DNA of 64,000 bases from a bacterium (GCA_030619905.1 JAUXAO010000002.1:129193-193192); one strand, 5' to 3'. Counted from the first letter of the stretch, positions 22,825 to 33,418 are shown. Notes: generated by a model from the letters alone, not told the origin. A program made the numbers and translations.

Positions 22825-25800
22825 ATGAAGTTTACTCATCTACATGTCCATAGTCATTATAGTTTGTTAGATGGTTTGTCAAAGATTGATGATCTTTTAG
22901 ATTATGTCAAGAAATTAGGCATGGATTCTGTTGCTTTAACTGACCATGGAGTTTTGTATGGGGCGGTTGAATTCTATAAAAAAGCAAAAAAGGCAGGAAT
23001 CAAACCGATAATCGGAGCCGAGATGTATATGTCCTATGAAAGAATGGGACAAAAAAGACCTAATATTGACGATAAAAGATATCATTTAGTTCTTTTGGTA
23101 AAAAATGAAGAAGGGTACAAGAACCTGGTAAAACTGATAACAAAAGCCCACTTAGAGGGTTTTTATTATAAGCCAAGAATTGACGACGAATTATTAGCAG
23201 AACATAGCTCTGGTCTTATTGGTCTCTCAGCCTGTCTTCAGGGAAGAATCCCTATATTGATTTTATCTGATAGGACCGAAGAAGCTGAAAATTATATCTT
23301 AAAATATCAAAAGATTTTTGGAAAAGATAATTTTTATTTAGAGATCCAAGATCATCCAAATCTTAAAGGGCAAAAAAAAGTAAACGACACCTTAATTAAG
23401 CTTTCCAAAAAACTTGGCGCTCCATTAGTAGCCACCAATGACAGCCATTATTTAAAATCTGAAGATTCAGAAGCTCAAGATATTTTAATGATGATAAATA
23501 CTGGATCAAAACCAGACGATCCAGAACGGTTAACAATGAAGACTGATGATTTCTCGATGCGAACTCCCCAACAAATGTTTGAATCGTTTAAAAATGTTCC
23601 TGAAGCTATTGAAAATACTCAAAAAATTAAAGACCTTTGTAATTTCAACTTCAAATTAGGTGAGATAAAACTTCCCTCTTTTGAAACACCATCTGGAAAA
23701 ACTCCTGATGATTATTTAGAAGAATTATGTCAGCAGGGCATGGATAAGAAATACAAAAAATTCTTTAGAAAGGAAGCTCTTTCCCGCTTGGAATATGAAC
23801 TTTCGGTCATTAAACAAACCGGCTTTGCTCCTTACTTTCTTATAGTCCAAGATTTTGTTAACTGGGCAAAGGGAAATCGAATTGTAGTAGGTCCGGGAAG
23901 AGGAAGCGTAGGAGGCTCGATTGTTTCTTATCTTTTAAATATTACTACTATTGATCCTTTAAAACATAATCTTTTGTTTGAGAGATTTTTAAATCCCGGG
24001 CGTATTTCAATGCCAGATATTGACCTTGATTTTACCGACCGGAGAAGGGATGAGGTAATAAACTATGTAGCTGAGAAATATGGCCGAGATAAGGTTGCTC
24101 AGATTATTACTTTTGGAACAATGGCTTCCAGAGCAGTTATCAGAGACGTTGGAAGAGCAATGAAATTAAATTACAGTTATTGCGATCGACTGGCTAAGAT
24201 GATTCCTTTTGGTTTGACCTTAAAACAGTGTTTAGAAAAGGTCTCTGAGTTCCGTCAGTTTTATGATAGCGACGAACAGGCAAAAGAATTGATTAATTTT
24301 TCCCAAAAGCTTGAGGGATGTGCCAGGCACGCCTCAACCCATGCCTGCGGAGTAGTAATTTCAAAAGACCCTTTAGATGAGATTGTTCCTATCCAGCATC
24401 CGACCCAGAATGACAAAACCACTGTTACTCAGTACGAAATGTACTCAATTGAAGATTTAGGCCTTTTGAAAATGGACCTCTTGGGGTTGAAAAACTTAAC
24501 TATTATTGAAGACACTCTCTCAAGAATTTATAAGGTCCAGAATAAGAAAATTAATATAGAAGATATTCCTTTGGATGACAAAAAAACTTATAAATTATTA
24601 CAGGAGGCACAAACTACAGGTGTTTTCCAATTGGAATCGAGCGGCCTTAAAAGGTATCTTAAAGAACTTAAGCCAACTAAATTTGGAGATATAGTAGCTA
24701 TGGTAGCCCTTTATCGACCCGGCCCTATACAATTCATACCAGAATATATTGAAAGAAAGCATAAAAGAAGAAGAATAGAATATCTGCATCCAAAACTCAA
24801 ACCAATTTTAGAAGATACCCAGGGAATCTGTATCTTCCAAGAACAATTGATGCAGATTGCCAGGGACTTGGCTGGTTTCTCTTTAGCTGAAGCAGATATT
24901 TTAAGAAAAGCAGTTGGTAAAAAAATAAAGAGTTTGCTGATTACTCAAAAAGAAAAATTTACTAAAGGAATGATAAAAAATGATATTAAGGAGGAGGTCG
25001 CTCACAAAATCTGGGACTGGGTTTTGCCTTTCGCCCGTTATGGGTTTAATAAATCCCATAGTGTGGCTTACGGAATGATTGCCTACCAAACTGCCTATCT
25101 AAAAACTCGGTTTCCTATTGAATTTATGGCTGCTCTTCTAACTTCAGAGAAAACAGATATCGAACGAATTGCCTTTTTAATAGAAGAATGCAAGGATATG
25201 AAAATTGAAGTTTTACCTCCTGATATTAATGAAAGTTTTAGATATTTTTCTGTTGTTCCTAGCAAGAAAAAAATAAGATTCGGTTTGTTAGCTATTAAAA
25301 ATGTTGGTTCAAATGTAGTTGAAGCGATAATTAAAGAACGCAAAAAGGGAAAATTTAAATCGTTTATAGATTTTATCTCAAGAATTGATTCAAAAGATTT
25401 GAATAAAAAATCTTTAGAAAGTTTGGCCAAGACTGGAGCTTTTGATAAATTTGAAGAAAGAAATAAATTACTTTCTAACATGGAAGAGATTCTGAATTTC
25501 AACCGCGAGATTAGAAAAGCAAAAACAAACGGCCAAAAAAGCTTATTTGATTGTAATACAAATAATCCAAGCCCTTCTTTCAAATTAAAAGATGAAAAAC
25601 CTGCTCCTATGTCACGAAAATTGTTATGGGAAAAAGAACTTTTAGGTCTTTATATCTCTTCTCATCCTTTAGAAAAGTTTAAAAATATTTTAAGCAAAAA
25701 AACCTTATCTCTCAAGGACTTGAAAAGCGGGAGTTTCCCCTATAAGATAAGAGTCGGCGGAATAATTTCATCTATTAAGAAAATCTTAACCAAAAAAGGT

Positions 25801-25992
25801 CAGCCAATGCTCTTTGTGAAATTAGAAGATTTAACTGACAAAATTGAGATAGTAGTCTTTCCCTCAATTATTGAGAGGAATCCAACTGCTTTCCAAGAAA
25901 ATAAAATTGTTTTTGTTACTGGCAAACTTGAAAATTGGTATAGTCCGCCAAAAATAATTTGCGAAGAGATTGAGGAAATAATAGAAAAGTAA
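22825..25992 (+). CDS. dnaE: DNA polymerase III alpha subunit
   Basis: PHP domain FTHLHVHSHYSLLDG, PDIDLDF, C-terminal OB fold. 1055 aa. Confidence 0.95.
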   Translation: MKFTHLHVHSHYSLLDGLSKIDDLLDYVKKLGMDSVALTDHGVLYGAVEFYKKAKKAGIKPIIGAEMYMSYERMGQKRPNIDDKRYHLVLLVKNEEGYKNLVKLITKAHLEGFYYKPRIDDELLAEHSSGLIGLSACLQGRIPILILSDRTEEAENYILKYQKIFGKDNFYLEIQDHPNLKGQKKVNDTLIKLSKKLGAPLVATNDSHYLKSEDSEAQDILMMINTGSKPDDPERLTMKTDDFSMRTPQQMFESFKNVPEAIENTQKIKDLCNFNFKLGEIKLPSFETPSGKTPDDYLEELCQQGMDKKYKKFFRKEALSRLEYELSVIKQTGFAPYFLIVQDFVNWAKGNRIVVGPGRGSVGGSIVSYLLNITTIDPLKHNLLFERFLNPGRISMPDIDLDFTDRRRDEVINYVAEKYGRDKVAQIITFGTMASRAVIRDVGRAMKLNYSYCDRLAKMIPFGLTLKQCLEKVSEFRQFYDSDEQAKELINFSQKLEGCARHASTHACGVVISKDPLDEIVPIQHPTQNDKTTVTQYEMYSIEDLGLLKMDLLGLKNLTIIEDTLSRIYKVQNKKINIEDIPLDDKKTYKLLQEAQTTGVFQLESSGLKRYLKELKPTKFGDIVAMVALYRPGPIQFIPEYIERKHKRRRIEYLHPKLKPILEDTQGICIFQEQLMQIARDLAGFSLAEADILRKAVGKKIKSLLITQKEKFTKGMIKNDIKEEVAHKIWDWVLPFARYGFNKSHSVAYGMIAYQTAYLKTRFPIEFMAALLTSEKTDIERIAFLIEECKDMKIEVLPPDINESFRYFSVVPSKKKIRFGLLAIKNVGSNVVEAIIKERKKGKFKSFIDFISRIDSKDLNKKSLESLAKTGAFDKFEERNKLLSNMEEILNFNREIRKAKTNGQKSLFDCNTNNPSPSFKLKDEKPAPMSRKLLWEKELLGLYISSHPLEKFKNILSKKTLSLKDLKSGSFPYKIRVGGIISSIKKILTKKGQPMLFVKLEDLTDKIEIVVFPSIIERNPTAFQENKIVFVTGKLENWYSPPKIICEEIEEIIEK

Positions 25993-25996
25993 TCTT

Positions 25997-27724
25997 ATGA
26001 AAATAAATACAATACGTCATTCATTAGCTCATATATTAGCGGCCTCTGCCAAAGAATTTTATCCCAAAGTCAAATTTGGCATTGGACCGGAAATTGAGAA
26101 TGGATTTTACTATGATTTTGATTTCTCTTCCCCTATCTCTGAAGAGAACCTTTTAAAGATTGAAAAGAAAATGAAAGAATTGATCAAAAAAGATTTAAAG
26201 TTTACCAAAAAGCAAGTATCAAAGAGTGAAGCAAAAAAGATATTTAAAGGTCAATCCTATAAACTAGAACTTATTAAAGAATTACCAAGTAAAACTGTTT
26301 CAATTTATCAAACTGGAAAATTTGTAGATTTGTGTAAAGGACCTCATGTTAAATCAAGTAAAGAAATAAATCCTGATGCCTTTAAACTTACTAAAATTGC
26401 GGGTGCTTACTGGAAAGGCAGTGAAAAAAATCCGATGTTGACCAGAATCTACGGCGTTGCTTTTGCTACAAAAAAAGAGCTAAATAAGTATTTAGAACAG
26501 ATAAAGGAAATTGAGAAAAGAGACCATCGAATTTTAGGGAAAAAATTAGAACTCTTTCTCATAGATGAGGAATTCGGCTCTGGTCTTCCGCTTTGGCTTC
26601 CAAAAGGAGCACTTCTGAGAAAATTAATTATGGATTTTGCTGTGGACACTTACCTTAAAAGAGGTTATGAGCTGGTTGCCACTCCTCATATTGCTAATCT
26701 TGATATTTTTAAAAGATCCGGCCATTGGAATTTTTATCGGGAAAGTATGTATTCTCCGATAAAAGTTGAAGATCAGTACTTTATGATTAAGCCGATGAAC
26801 TGCCCTGGTCATGTTAAAATTTACAATTCTAAAATAAGAAGCTACAGGAATTTACCAATTAGATTTACAGAGATGGGAACTGTTTATCGTTATGAAAAAT
26901 CTGGTACTCTGCATGGCCTAACTCGAGTAAGAGGATTTACCCAAGATGATGCTCATATTTTCTGCATGCTAGAACAGCTTGATTCAGAACTTTTAAAAAT
27001 GATCGATTTAACTAAATATATTTTGAATAGTTTCGGATTTAAAAAATTCGAAATTTCTCTTTCCGTCCGAGATCCAAAGGAAAAGAAAAAATACTTAGGC
27101 TCAGATAAAATTTGGGGAATAGCTGAGAAAGCTCTAGAAAGTGCCTTAAAAACAAAAAAACTTTCTTACAAACGTTATCCAGGAGAAGCAGTATTTTATG
27201 GACCAAAAATTGATTTCTTGATCTCTGATGCCATAGGCAGGAAATGGCAATTAACAACTATCCAGGTTGATTTTAATTTCCCAGAAAAATTCGAAATGAC
27301 TTATATTGATAAAAAAGGAAAGAAACAAAAACCAGTTATGATACATAGGGCTCTTTTAGGGTCAATAGAAAGATTTTTAGGGGTATTATTAGAACATTAT
27401 GCCGGGGCTTTACCTGTTTGGATATCCCCTATCCAAATCTTAGTAATCCCGGTAGGTTCTTCCAATAGAAAATATGCTCAAGAAGTTGCTGGAAAACTAA
27501 AGTCAGAAGGTTTAAGGGTTGAAGCAAAGGTAAAAGCTGAAACTGTTTCCAAAAAGATAAGAGAAGGAGAAATTCAAAAGACTCCATATATTTTAGTTGT
27601 TGGCGATAAAGAAATGAAAAAGAAGAATATCCGGGTAAGACAAAGAGGCAAAGGAGATATTGGAGAATCTTCCTTGACAAAATTCATAAAAAACATAAAA
27701 ATTAAGATAGAAAATAAAGGATAA
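25997..27724 (+). CDS. thrS: Threonyl-tRNA synthetase (no N-terminal TGS domain)
   Basis: Starts in the editing/SAD region (HSLAHILA). Class II motifs FRNLPIRFTEMGTVYRYE and RVRGFTQDDAHIF. C-terminal anticodon-binding domain. Confidence 0.93.
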   Translation: MKINTIRHSLAHILAASAKEFYPKVKFGIGPEIENGFYYDFDFSSPISEENLLKIEKKMKELIKKDLKFTKKQVSKSEAKKIFKGQSYKLELIKELPSKTVSIYQTGKFVDLCKGPHVKSSKEINPDAFKLTKIAGAYWKGSEKNPMLTRIYGVAFATKKELNKYLEQIKEIEKRDHRILGKKLELFLIDEEFGSGLPLWLPKGALLRKLIMDFAVDTYLKRGYELVATPHIANLDIFKRSGHWNFYRESMYSPIKVEDQYFMIKPMNCPGHVKIYNSKIRSYRNLPIRFTEMGTVYRYEKSGTLHGLTRVRGFTQDDAHIFCMLEQLDSELLKMIDLTKYILNSFGFKKFEISLSVRDPKEKKKYLGSDKIWGIAEKALESALKTKKLSYKRYPGEAVFYGPKIDFLISDAIGRKWQLTTIQVDFNFPEKFEMTYIDKKGKKQKPVMIHRALLGSIERFLGVLLEHYAGALPVWISPIQILVIPVGSSNRKYAQEVAGKLKSEGLRVEAKVKAETVSKKIREGEIQKTPYILVVGDKEMKKKNIRVRQRGKGDIGESSLTKFIKNIKIKIENKG

Positions 27725-27792
27725 TCCTCAATTAATCATTGATTATTAATCGCTGATTATTGATCATTGATCATTGATAAATTCAACAAAAT

Positions 27793-29043
27793 ATGTCTAA
27801 AATAATACACTTTTCTTTTTTAATGATAATCTGTTTCATGTTAGTTTCTGTTTCTTCTGTTTTAGGCCAAATAACTACTACTGAAGGAACTACTCAAGGA
27901 ATAATTCAAGATGTTGAACTTGATGAAAATGTTGAGGCATCTGATCTTGGAGTCTCCGAACCAACTTTACTGCCAGACAGTCCTTTCTATTTTTTAAAAA
28001 ACTGGGGGCGAGGCATAAGAATTTTCTTTACTTTTAATTCGATTAAAAAAGTCAACTTGAGATTAAGGTTCTCTGCTGAAAAACTTCTTGAATTAAGAAA
28101 ATTAGCAGGAAAAACACAGAATCCAGAGATTCTGGATAAAGCAGTAAGAAATTACGAAAAGGAAAACGAAAGAATCAGAAATAGAGTTGAAAAAATAGAA
28201 GAAAAGGCAAATGAAAATCCTGAAGTAGGAAAATTCTTAGACAAATATACAGAACACGAAATTCTTCATCAAAAAGTCCTAGTGAAGTTAAAAGAACAAG
28301 TTCCAGAAGATACTTTCCAAAAAATAGAACAAACTAGAGAACGTCATCTTGAAAGATTTGGAGAAGTAATGGAAAAATTAGAAGAAAAACATAGCATCCA
28401 AGAACGTTTAGAAAACAGTTTCAAAGAAATTAAAGGAAGTCCATTTAAAGACTTTAGTAATTTAGAAATCTTAAAACAAATAGAAGAAAAAGCCCCTGAA
28501 CAGGTGAAAGAAGTAATTAGAGAAGCTAGAGAAAACATATTCATGAATTTGAAAAACAAAATAGAAAAAATGAGTTTAGAGAATCAAGAAAGATTTAAAA
28601 ATTACATCGAGAATATTCAAGAATCAGAGGAGAAAATAGAAATCCTTGAGGGAATTAAATTACAATTAGAAGAAAACCTTCAAATCCAAGGAACATTAAA
28701 CCAAATCAGAGAAAGATTATTAGAAAGAGTTCAAGAAAGAGAAAAAGAAATGAACTGTGCTCTAATAGGGCTACCAGGTCCTGACTTCTGTCCCAAAGGA
28801 AGAATTATCCCTCAAAAAGACGAAAACGGATGCATAATCAACTATGAATGTATAATTCCAGCTGAAACAGAAACTCCAACAGTAACCTCAACAAAACCAC
28901 TTTGTATTACTCTCTGGGAACCAGTCTGCGGCCAAGATGGGAAAACTTATTCTAACACTTGTTTTGCTAGGGTAGCTGGAGTCGAAATTGCTTACGAAGG
29001 AGTATGCAAAGGAGGAGAGATGTTTAAAAAAGGAAATCAATAA
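27793..29043 (+). CDS. Secreted DUF5667-like coiled-coil protein with a C-terminal Kazal-type domain
   Basis: Signal-like N-terminus IIHFSFLMIICFMLVSVSSVLG. LPDSPFYFLKNWGRGIRIFFTF. C-terminal CITLWEPVCGQDGKTYSNTCFARVAGVEIAYEGVC. Confidence 0.7.
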   Translation: MSKIIHFSFLMIICFMLVSVSSVLGQITTTEGTTQGIIQDVELDENVEASDLGVSEPTLLPDSPFYFLKNWGRGIRIFFTFNSIKKVNLRLRFSAEKLLELRKLAGKTQNPEILDKAVRNYEKENERIRNRVEKIEEKANENPEVGKFLDKYTEHEILHQKVLVKLKEQVPEDTFQKIEQTRERHLERFGEVMEKLEEKHSIQERLENSFKEIKGSPFKDFSNLEILKQIEEKAPEQVKEVIREARENIFMNLKNKIEKMSLENQERFKNYIENIQESEEKIEILEGIKLQLEENLQIQGTLNQIRERLLERVQEREKEMNCALIGLPGPDFCPKGRIIPQKDENGCIINYECIIPAETETPTVTSTKPLCITLWEPVCGQDGKTYSNTCFARVAGVEIAYEGVCKGGEMFKKGNQ

Positions 29044-29134
29044 ATCTTTAATAAACCCAAGAAATAAATAAATTTGAGTTCTTTAAAAGCTTCCTACTGA
29101 TGAAAGTCTGCTGAACAAAAGGAGGTGAATTCAG

Positions 29135-29461
29135 ATGGATGTAAAATGGAATATTCTGCTCAAAACGAAAGAGGTATGCAAACAAAGAGAATTTGATCAA
29201 AATATTTTTGACTCTCGGGCTCCTCCTTCTAAGATGAAAAGAGAAATTCGGGAGGAATATATGAAAATGCTCAGCAGTTTCTTAAGTGTAATACCGCTTT
29301 TCATGTTTGAAGATAATAACAACAGCAAAAAGTATCCTCAAGAAAAAGTGATGAAAACTCTAAGAATTATTGAAAAGGATTATGAAAAAACTTTTGGGGA
29401 TTACCTTGAAGGCATAAAAAGAAGGTATCCGGAAGATATTTGGAAAATAAAAAGTAAGTAA
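29135..29461 (+). CDS. Hypothetical protein (strong SD AAGGAGGTGA)
   Basis: ORF with a strong SD. No motif recognised. Confidence 0.4.
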   Translation: MDVKWNILLKTKEVCKQREFDQNIFDSRAPPSKMKREIREEYMKMLSSFLSVIPLFMFEDNNNSKKYPQEKVMKTLRIIEKDYEKTFGDYLEGIKRRYPEDIWKIKSK

Positions 29462-29516
29462 AGGAGATAAAATGAAAAACGAGACCGAAAAACAAAAAGA
29501 CATCAGTAGGAAGACT

Positions 29517-29567
29517 AAAAAAGTGCCCTAGATCTTGCGTTTCTTCAATAGACCATAGGGCACTTTT
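29517..29567 (+). terminator. 12-bp inverted repeat just upstream of miaB
   Basis: AAAAGTGCCCTA ... TAGGGCACTTTT with a roughly 25-nt loop, followed by TTTTAACTTT. Could be a terminator or a regulatory hairpin. Confidence 0.4.
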
Positions 29568-29573
29568 AACTTT

Positions 29574-30836
29574 ATGAAATATTATATTATTACTTACGGC
29601 TGTCAAATGAACTGTTCGGATTCTGAGAGGATTGCCACGGTTTTAGAAAGTAATGGATATAAAAAAGCTTCAAACATAGATGAAACTGATTTGATTGTGG
29701 TTAATATGTGCTCAGTAAGACAATCAGCTGTTGACAGAGTATATGGCAAAATCAAAGATTTTACCAAGTTAAAAGTTAAAAATCAAAAGTTAAAGGTTAT
29801 TTTAACTGGTTGTATTTTAAAAAAAGACAGAAGAAAGTTTGTCAAGTATTTTGACTTTGTTCTAAATATTCGCGATTTACCTAAATGGCCTAAAATACTA
29901 AATAGCAAATGTAAAATACTAAATACTAATGACTATCTTAAGATCCAGCCGAAATATTTTTCCTTCCCAGTCGCCTATGTCCCTATTTCTACCGGCTGCA
30001 ATAATTTTTGCACTTACTGCGTAGTTCCCTATACTCGAGGATCACTTATTCATCGACCAGCCAAAGACATTATTAAAGAAGTTAAAGAATTAGTTAAAAA
30101 AGGCTATAAAGAAATATGGTTACTAGGACAGAACGTAAACTCTTATAAATCTCAAATCTCAAAAATTAATTTTCCAAAACTTTTAAGAATAATAAATGAT
30201 ATTCCAGGGGAATTCTGGATTCGGTTTACTAGTTCTCATCCCAAGGATTTGTCTGATGAATTGATTAAGACAATGGCTGAATGTAAAAAAGTTACTCCAT
30301 ATTTAAATTTACCTGTTCAATCAGGAGATGATAAAATTTTGAAAAAAATGAATAGGGATTATACGGTTCAAAAATATAGAAATCTAATTAAAAAAATCAG
30401 GAAAAAAATTCCTGATGTTGCTCTTTCTACCGATGTAATCGTGGGTTTTCCAGGAGAAACAAAAGAACAATTTAAAAATACTGCTAAATTATTAAGAGAA
30501 ATTAAATTTGATATGGTTTATATCGCCCAATATTCTTCAAGACCCGGAACAGCAGCAACTAAAATGGATGATAATGTTCCTCAAAAAGAAAAAAAGAGAA
30601 GAGAAAAAGTGCTTACTGAAATCTTGAAAAAAACAGCTTTAGGAAAAAACAAAAAATACATCGGGAAAATTGTAAAAATCCTTCCTCTCAAATGGAAAAA
30701 GGAATTCCTATTTGGGAAATCTTTTCATTGTAAAAGCGTAAAAACGAAAGGTTCAAAAAAAGTGCTGGGAAAATTTATTAAAGTGAAAATTATTAATGCC
30801 TTACCTTGGGGTCTTTTAGGAGAACAAGTTGTTTAA
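29574..30836 (+). CDS. miaB: Radical-SAM methylthiotransferase, MiaB-type
   Basis: YIITYGCQMNCSDSE, radical SAM CNNFCTYCVVP, C-terminal TRAM domain. miaA lies nearby. Confidence 0.87.
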   Translation: MKYYIITYGCQMNCSDSERIATVLESNGYKKASNIDETDLIVVNMCSVRQSAVDRVYGKIKDFTKLKVKNQKLKVILTGCILKKDRRKFVKYFDFVLNIRDLPKWPKILNSKCKILNTNDYLKIQPKYFSFPVAYVPISTGCNNFCTYCVVPYTRGSLIHRPAKDIIKEVKELVKKGYKEIWLLGQNVNSYKSQISKINFPKLLRIINDIPGEFWIRFTSSHPKDLSDELIKTMAECKKVTPYLNLPVQSGDDKILKKMNRDYTVQKYRNLIKKIRKKIPDVALSTDVIVGFPGETKEQFKNTAKLLREIKFDMVYIAQYSSRPGTAATKMDDNVPQKEKKRREKVLTEILKKTALGKNKKYIGKIVKILPLKWKKEFLFGKSFHCKSVKTKGSKKVLGKFIKVKIINALPWGLLGEQVV

Positions 30837-31364
30837 AAAATATATAATATTTTTTAGATAATAAATTCCTCCGGTTAGAAGAATTAGTTTAAGAGTATTC
30901 CCTAAAAGGATAAAATAGATGCTGAATTTATATCTTTTCTTGATTATCCTAGCAGCTACAACTATGACTGTGTTTAAATAAAGAACAAAAGGAACAATAG
31001 CTAAGACACACAAAAAAAGATAAGGATAATGATGATGAAATGATGATTTAACTAGAGCTTTCCCTCTTTTTTCTGCTCGAATTATATTTTTTTCTTCCCA
31101 GGAAAAATATTTCTCAATCAGACGAAAAAATAAAGATGGATTATTAATAGGCTTGTATCGTTTTTTCCAAAATCCAAAAAATAAATCAAAGAAAAAAGAA
31201 AGGGAATGATATTTTAAAAAAATCAAACTATTAGAGATAACAACCAAGAAAACAATTGTTTTTAAGAAAGATGTTCCTGATCTATACCAAGCAAGAATGG
31301 CAAAATCAGAATGAATGAAAGGTAAAATCCACTTCAAGGTTTGAGTAATTAATTCTTCTATCAT
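30816..31364 (-). CDS. Hypothetical multi-pass membrane protein
   Basis: Several hydrophobic helices. Convergently overlaps the miaB 3' end by 21 nt. Confidence 0.5.
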   Translation of the reverse strand: MIEELITQTLKWILPFIHSDFAILAWYRSGTSFLKTIVFLVVISNSLIFLKYHSLSFFFDLFFGFWKKRYKPINNPSLFFRLIEKYFSWEEKNIIRAEKRGKALVKSSFHHHYPYLFLCVLAIVPFVLYLNTVIVVAARIIKKRYKFSIYFILLGNTLKLILLTGGIYYLKNIIYFLNNLFS

Positions 31365-31392
31365 TATTTAAGAATAATTCGAATTAAAGTTT

Positions 31393-32277
31393 ATGTCAAA
31401 ACAAAAATTAATTGTAATATTAGGACCAACTGCCTCCGGGAAAACTGATCTTTCTTTAAAGTTGGCCAAAAGATTCAATGGTGAGATTATTTCAGCTGAC
31501 TCAAGACAAATATATAAAGGAATGGATATCGGAACTGGGAAAATAACTAAAAAAGAAATGAAAGGTATCCCCCATTATCTTTTAGATATTGCCTCTCCTA
31601 AAAGGAAATTCTCAGTCGCTCAATATCAAAAATTAGCTTTAGAAGTTATAGATAAAATTTTAAAAAAGAAAAGAATTCCTTTCTTGGTTGGAGGTTCTCC
31701 TTTTTATATCTATTCTGTAGTTGAAGGTTGGATATTCCCCAAGCTAAAGCCAGATTGGGGATTAAGAAAAAAATTAGAAAAAAAGTCTTCTCAGGAGCTT
31801 TTTGATATTCTAAAAAAGAAAGATCCTCGCAGAGCTAAAAAAATAGAGAAAAAGAACAAAAGAAGATTAATTAGAGCTATTGAAGTTGTTAAAAAATTAG
31901 GAAAAGTTCCTTTATTGAAAAAAAACACTCAATTTAAATATCTTTTGATAGGCATAAAGAAATCAAAAGAAGAATTGGAAGATCTAATCAGAAAAAGGTT
32001 ATTAAAAAGATTTAGGCAGGGAATGGTAAAAGAAATCGAGAAATTAAAAAAAGGCGGCCTCAGCTGGAAAAGATTGGAAGATTTCGGGTTAGAATATCGC
32101 TGGATAAGCCGTTATTTAGAAGGGAAAATTAACTATCAGGAAATGGTAGAAAAACTTCAAAGAGATACTGAACGATTCGCCAAACGACAAATAATCTGGT
32201 TTAAAAAGGACAAAAGAATTAAATGGGTAAAAAATCATCAAGAAGCAGAAGAACTGATAATAAATTTTCTAAATTAA
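31393..32277 (+). CDS. miaA: tRNA dimethylallyltransferase
   Basis: GPTASGKT P-loop, SADSRQIYKGMDIGTGK. Confidence 0.92.
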   Translation: MSKQKLIVILGPTASGKTDLSLKLAKRFNGEIISADSRQIYKGMDIGTGKITKKEMKGIPHYLLDIASPKRKFSVAQYQKLALEVIDKILKKKRIPFLVGGSPFYIYSVVEGWIFPKLKPDWGLRKKLEKKSSQELFDILKKKDPRRAKKIEKKNKRRLIRAIEVVKKLGKVPLLKKNTQFKYLLIGIKKSKEELEDLIRKRLLKRFRQGMVKEIEKLKKGGLSWKRLEDFGLEYRWISRYLEGKINYQEMVEKLQRDTERFAKRQIIWFKKDKRIKWVKNHQEAEELIINFLN

Positions 32278-32386
32278 CTATTTAAAAATATTCCTATAAA
32301 AAAAGAGGGTCCTGTTCTTAAGAACTCTCTTTTACAAAAATTATTATAAATCTTTTTGTTATAAATCTTTGCAAGTCTTTTTAAAA

Positions 32387-33418
32387 TTACATCTTCCGCT
32401 CAATCATAAAATCAGCAATACTCTCAAGAGCCTCAAGTGCCTCCTGGTTATAATTTTGCTTTTGCATCTTTTGTAACGCTCTTTTGGCTCGCTGGAGTTG
32501 GGTTCGAGATAGTTTTTTTGCATAAGATAAAGCCCCGTTTTCTTTAATAATTCTCCTTGCTTCTTCAATCTGATGTTTGGTTAAGTTCTTATTGCCAAGC
32601 GCTTCTCGTATTATTTTCCTTTCTTTTTTAGAGCCCTTCTCAAGCGCCTTTGCCACCAACAATGTCTGTTTTCCCTGTTTTAAATCAGCCCCGATTGACT
32701 TTCCAGTGTTTTTCTTATCACCAAAAAGACCTAAAATGTCATCTTGAATTTGAAAAGCAATTCCTAAAGGAATGGCATACTCTGACACCAATTGAAGGTC
32801 TCTTAGTCGCCCTTCAGCCAATATAACTCCCATCTGAAGCGGGCACTCAAAACTGTATTGGGGGGTCTTTAGACGATACATCCTCAAAATGTCTTTTGTT
32901 TTGGAAACACCAGCTGCCTCAAGCCGCAAATCAAGTTCTTGTCCTAAAACGGTTTTTATAATTGCATCGTTTATCTTTTTTATCACCCGGAGTTTCAATT
33001 CCAAGGGAAAATTTAAAGAAGATAATAAATCAAGCGCTAAACACTGACACATATCTCCAGCCAAGATAGCCATTGATTCTCCAAAACGAGCTGACTTATA
33101 TTCTCTTGCATAAATGTTATGCAAAGTGGGCTTTCCTCTTCGCAACGAGCTTTCATCCATAATGTCGTCATGAATCAGTAAAAATGCATGCACGAGTTCA
33201 ATTGCTAAAGAGGCCTTAACAATACGAGGTGAATGTCTCCTGCCAAGCAAACGATAGCCGTAATAGACAAGGGCTGGCCGTAAACGCTTTCCACCACGTT
33301 GGCAAAACTCCTCAATATACCCCAACATGCCTTCAGTTTTATATTTTTCAAAAAACTGCTGCAAAAATGGGTTAAACTGCTTAGCATAACTTTCAAGAAT
33401 TATTTTTCCTGGCTTCAT
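32387..33418 (-). CDS. Polyprenyl diphosphate synthase family protein
   Basis: FARM LIHDDIMDES and SARM FQIQDDILG. Confidence 0.88.
   Translation of the reverse strand: MKPGKIILESYAKQFNPFLQQFFEKYKTEGMLGYIEEFCQRGGKRLRPALVYYGYRLLGRRHSPRIVKASLAIELVHAFLLIHDDIMDESSLRRGKPTLHNIYAREYKSARFGESMAILAGDMCQCLALDLLSSLNFPLELKLRVIKKINDAIIKTVLGQELDLRLEAAGVSKTKDILRMYRLKTPQYSFECPLQMGVILAEGRLRDLQLVSEYAIPLGIAFQIQDDILGLFGDKKNTGKSIGADLKQGKQTLLVAKALEKGSKKERKIIREALGNKNLTKHQIEEARRIIKENGALSYAKKLSRTQLQRAKRALQKMQKQNYNQEALEALESIADFMIERKM

Noticed and set aside
32290-32386. GTTCTTAAGAAC palindrome and duplicated TTATAAATCTTT between convergent miaA and the polyprenyl synthase gene
   Set aside because: The palindrome has no loop and weak flanking pairing. 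It is probably just a weak bidirectional terminator region, with nothing further to support.
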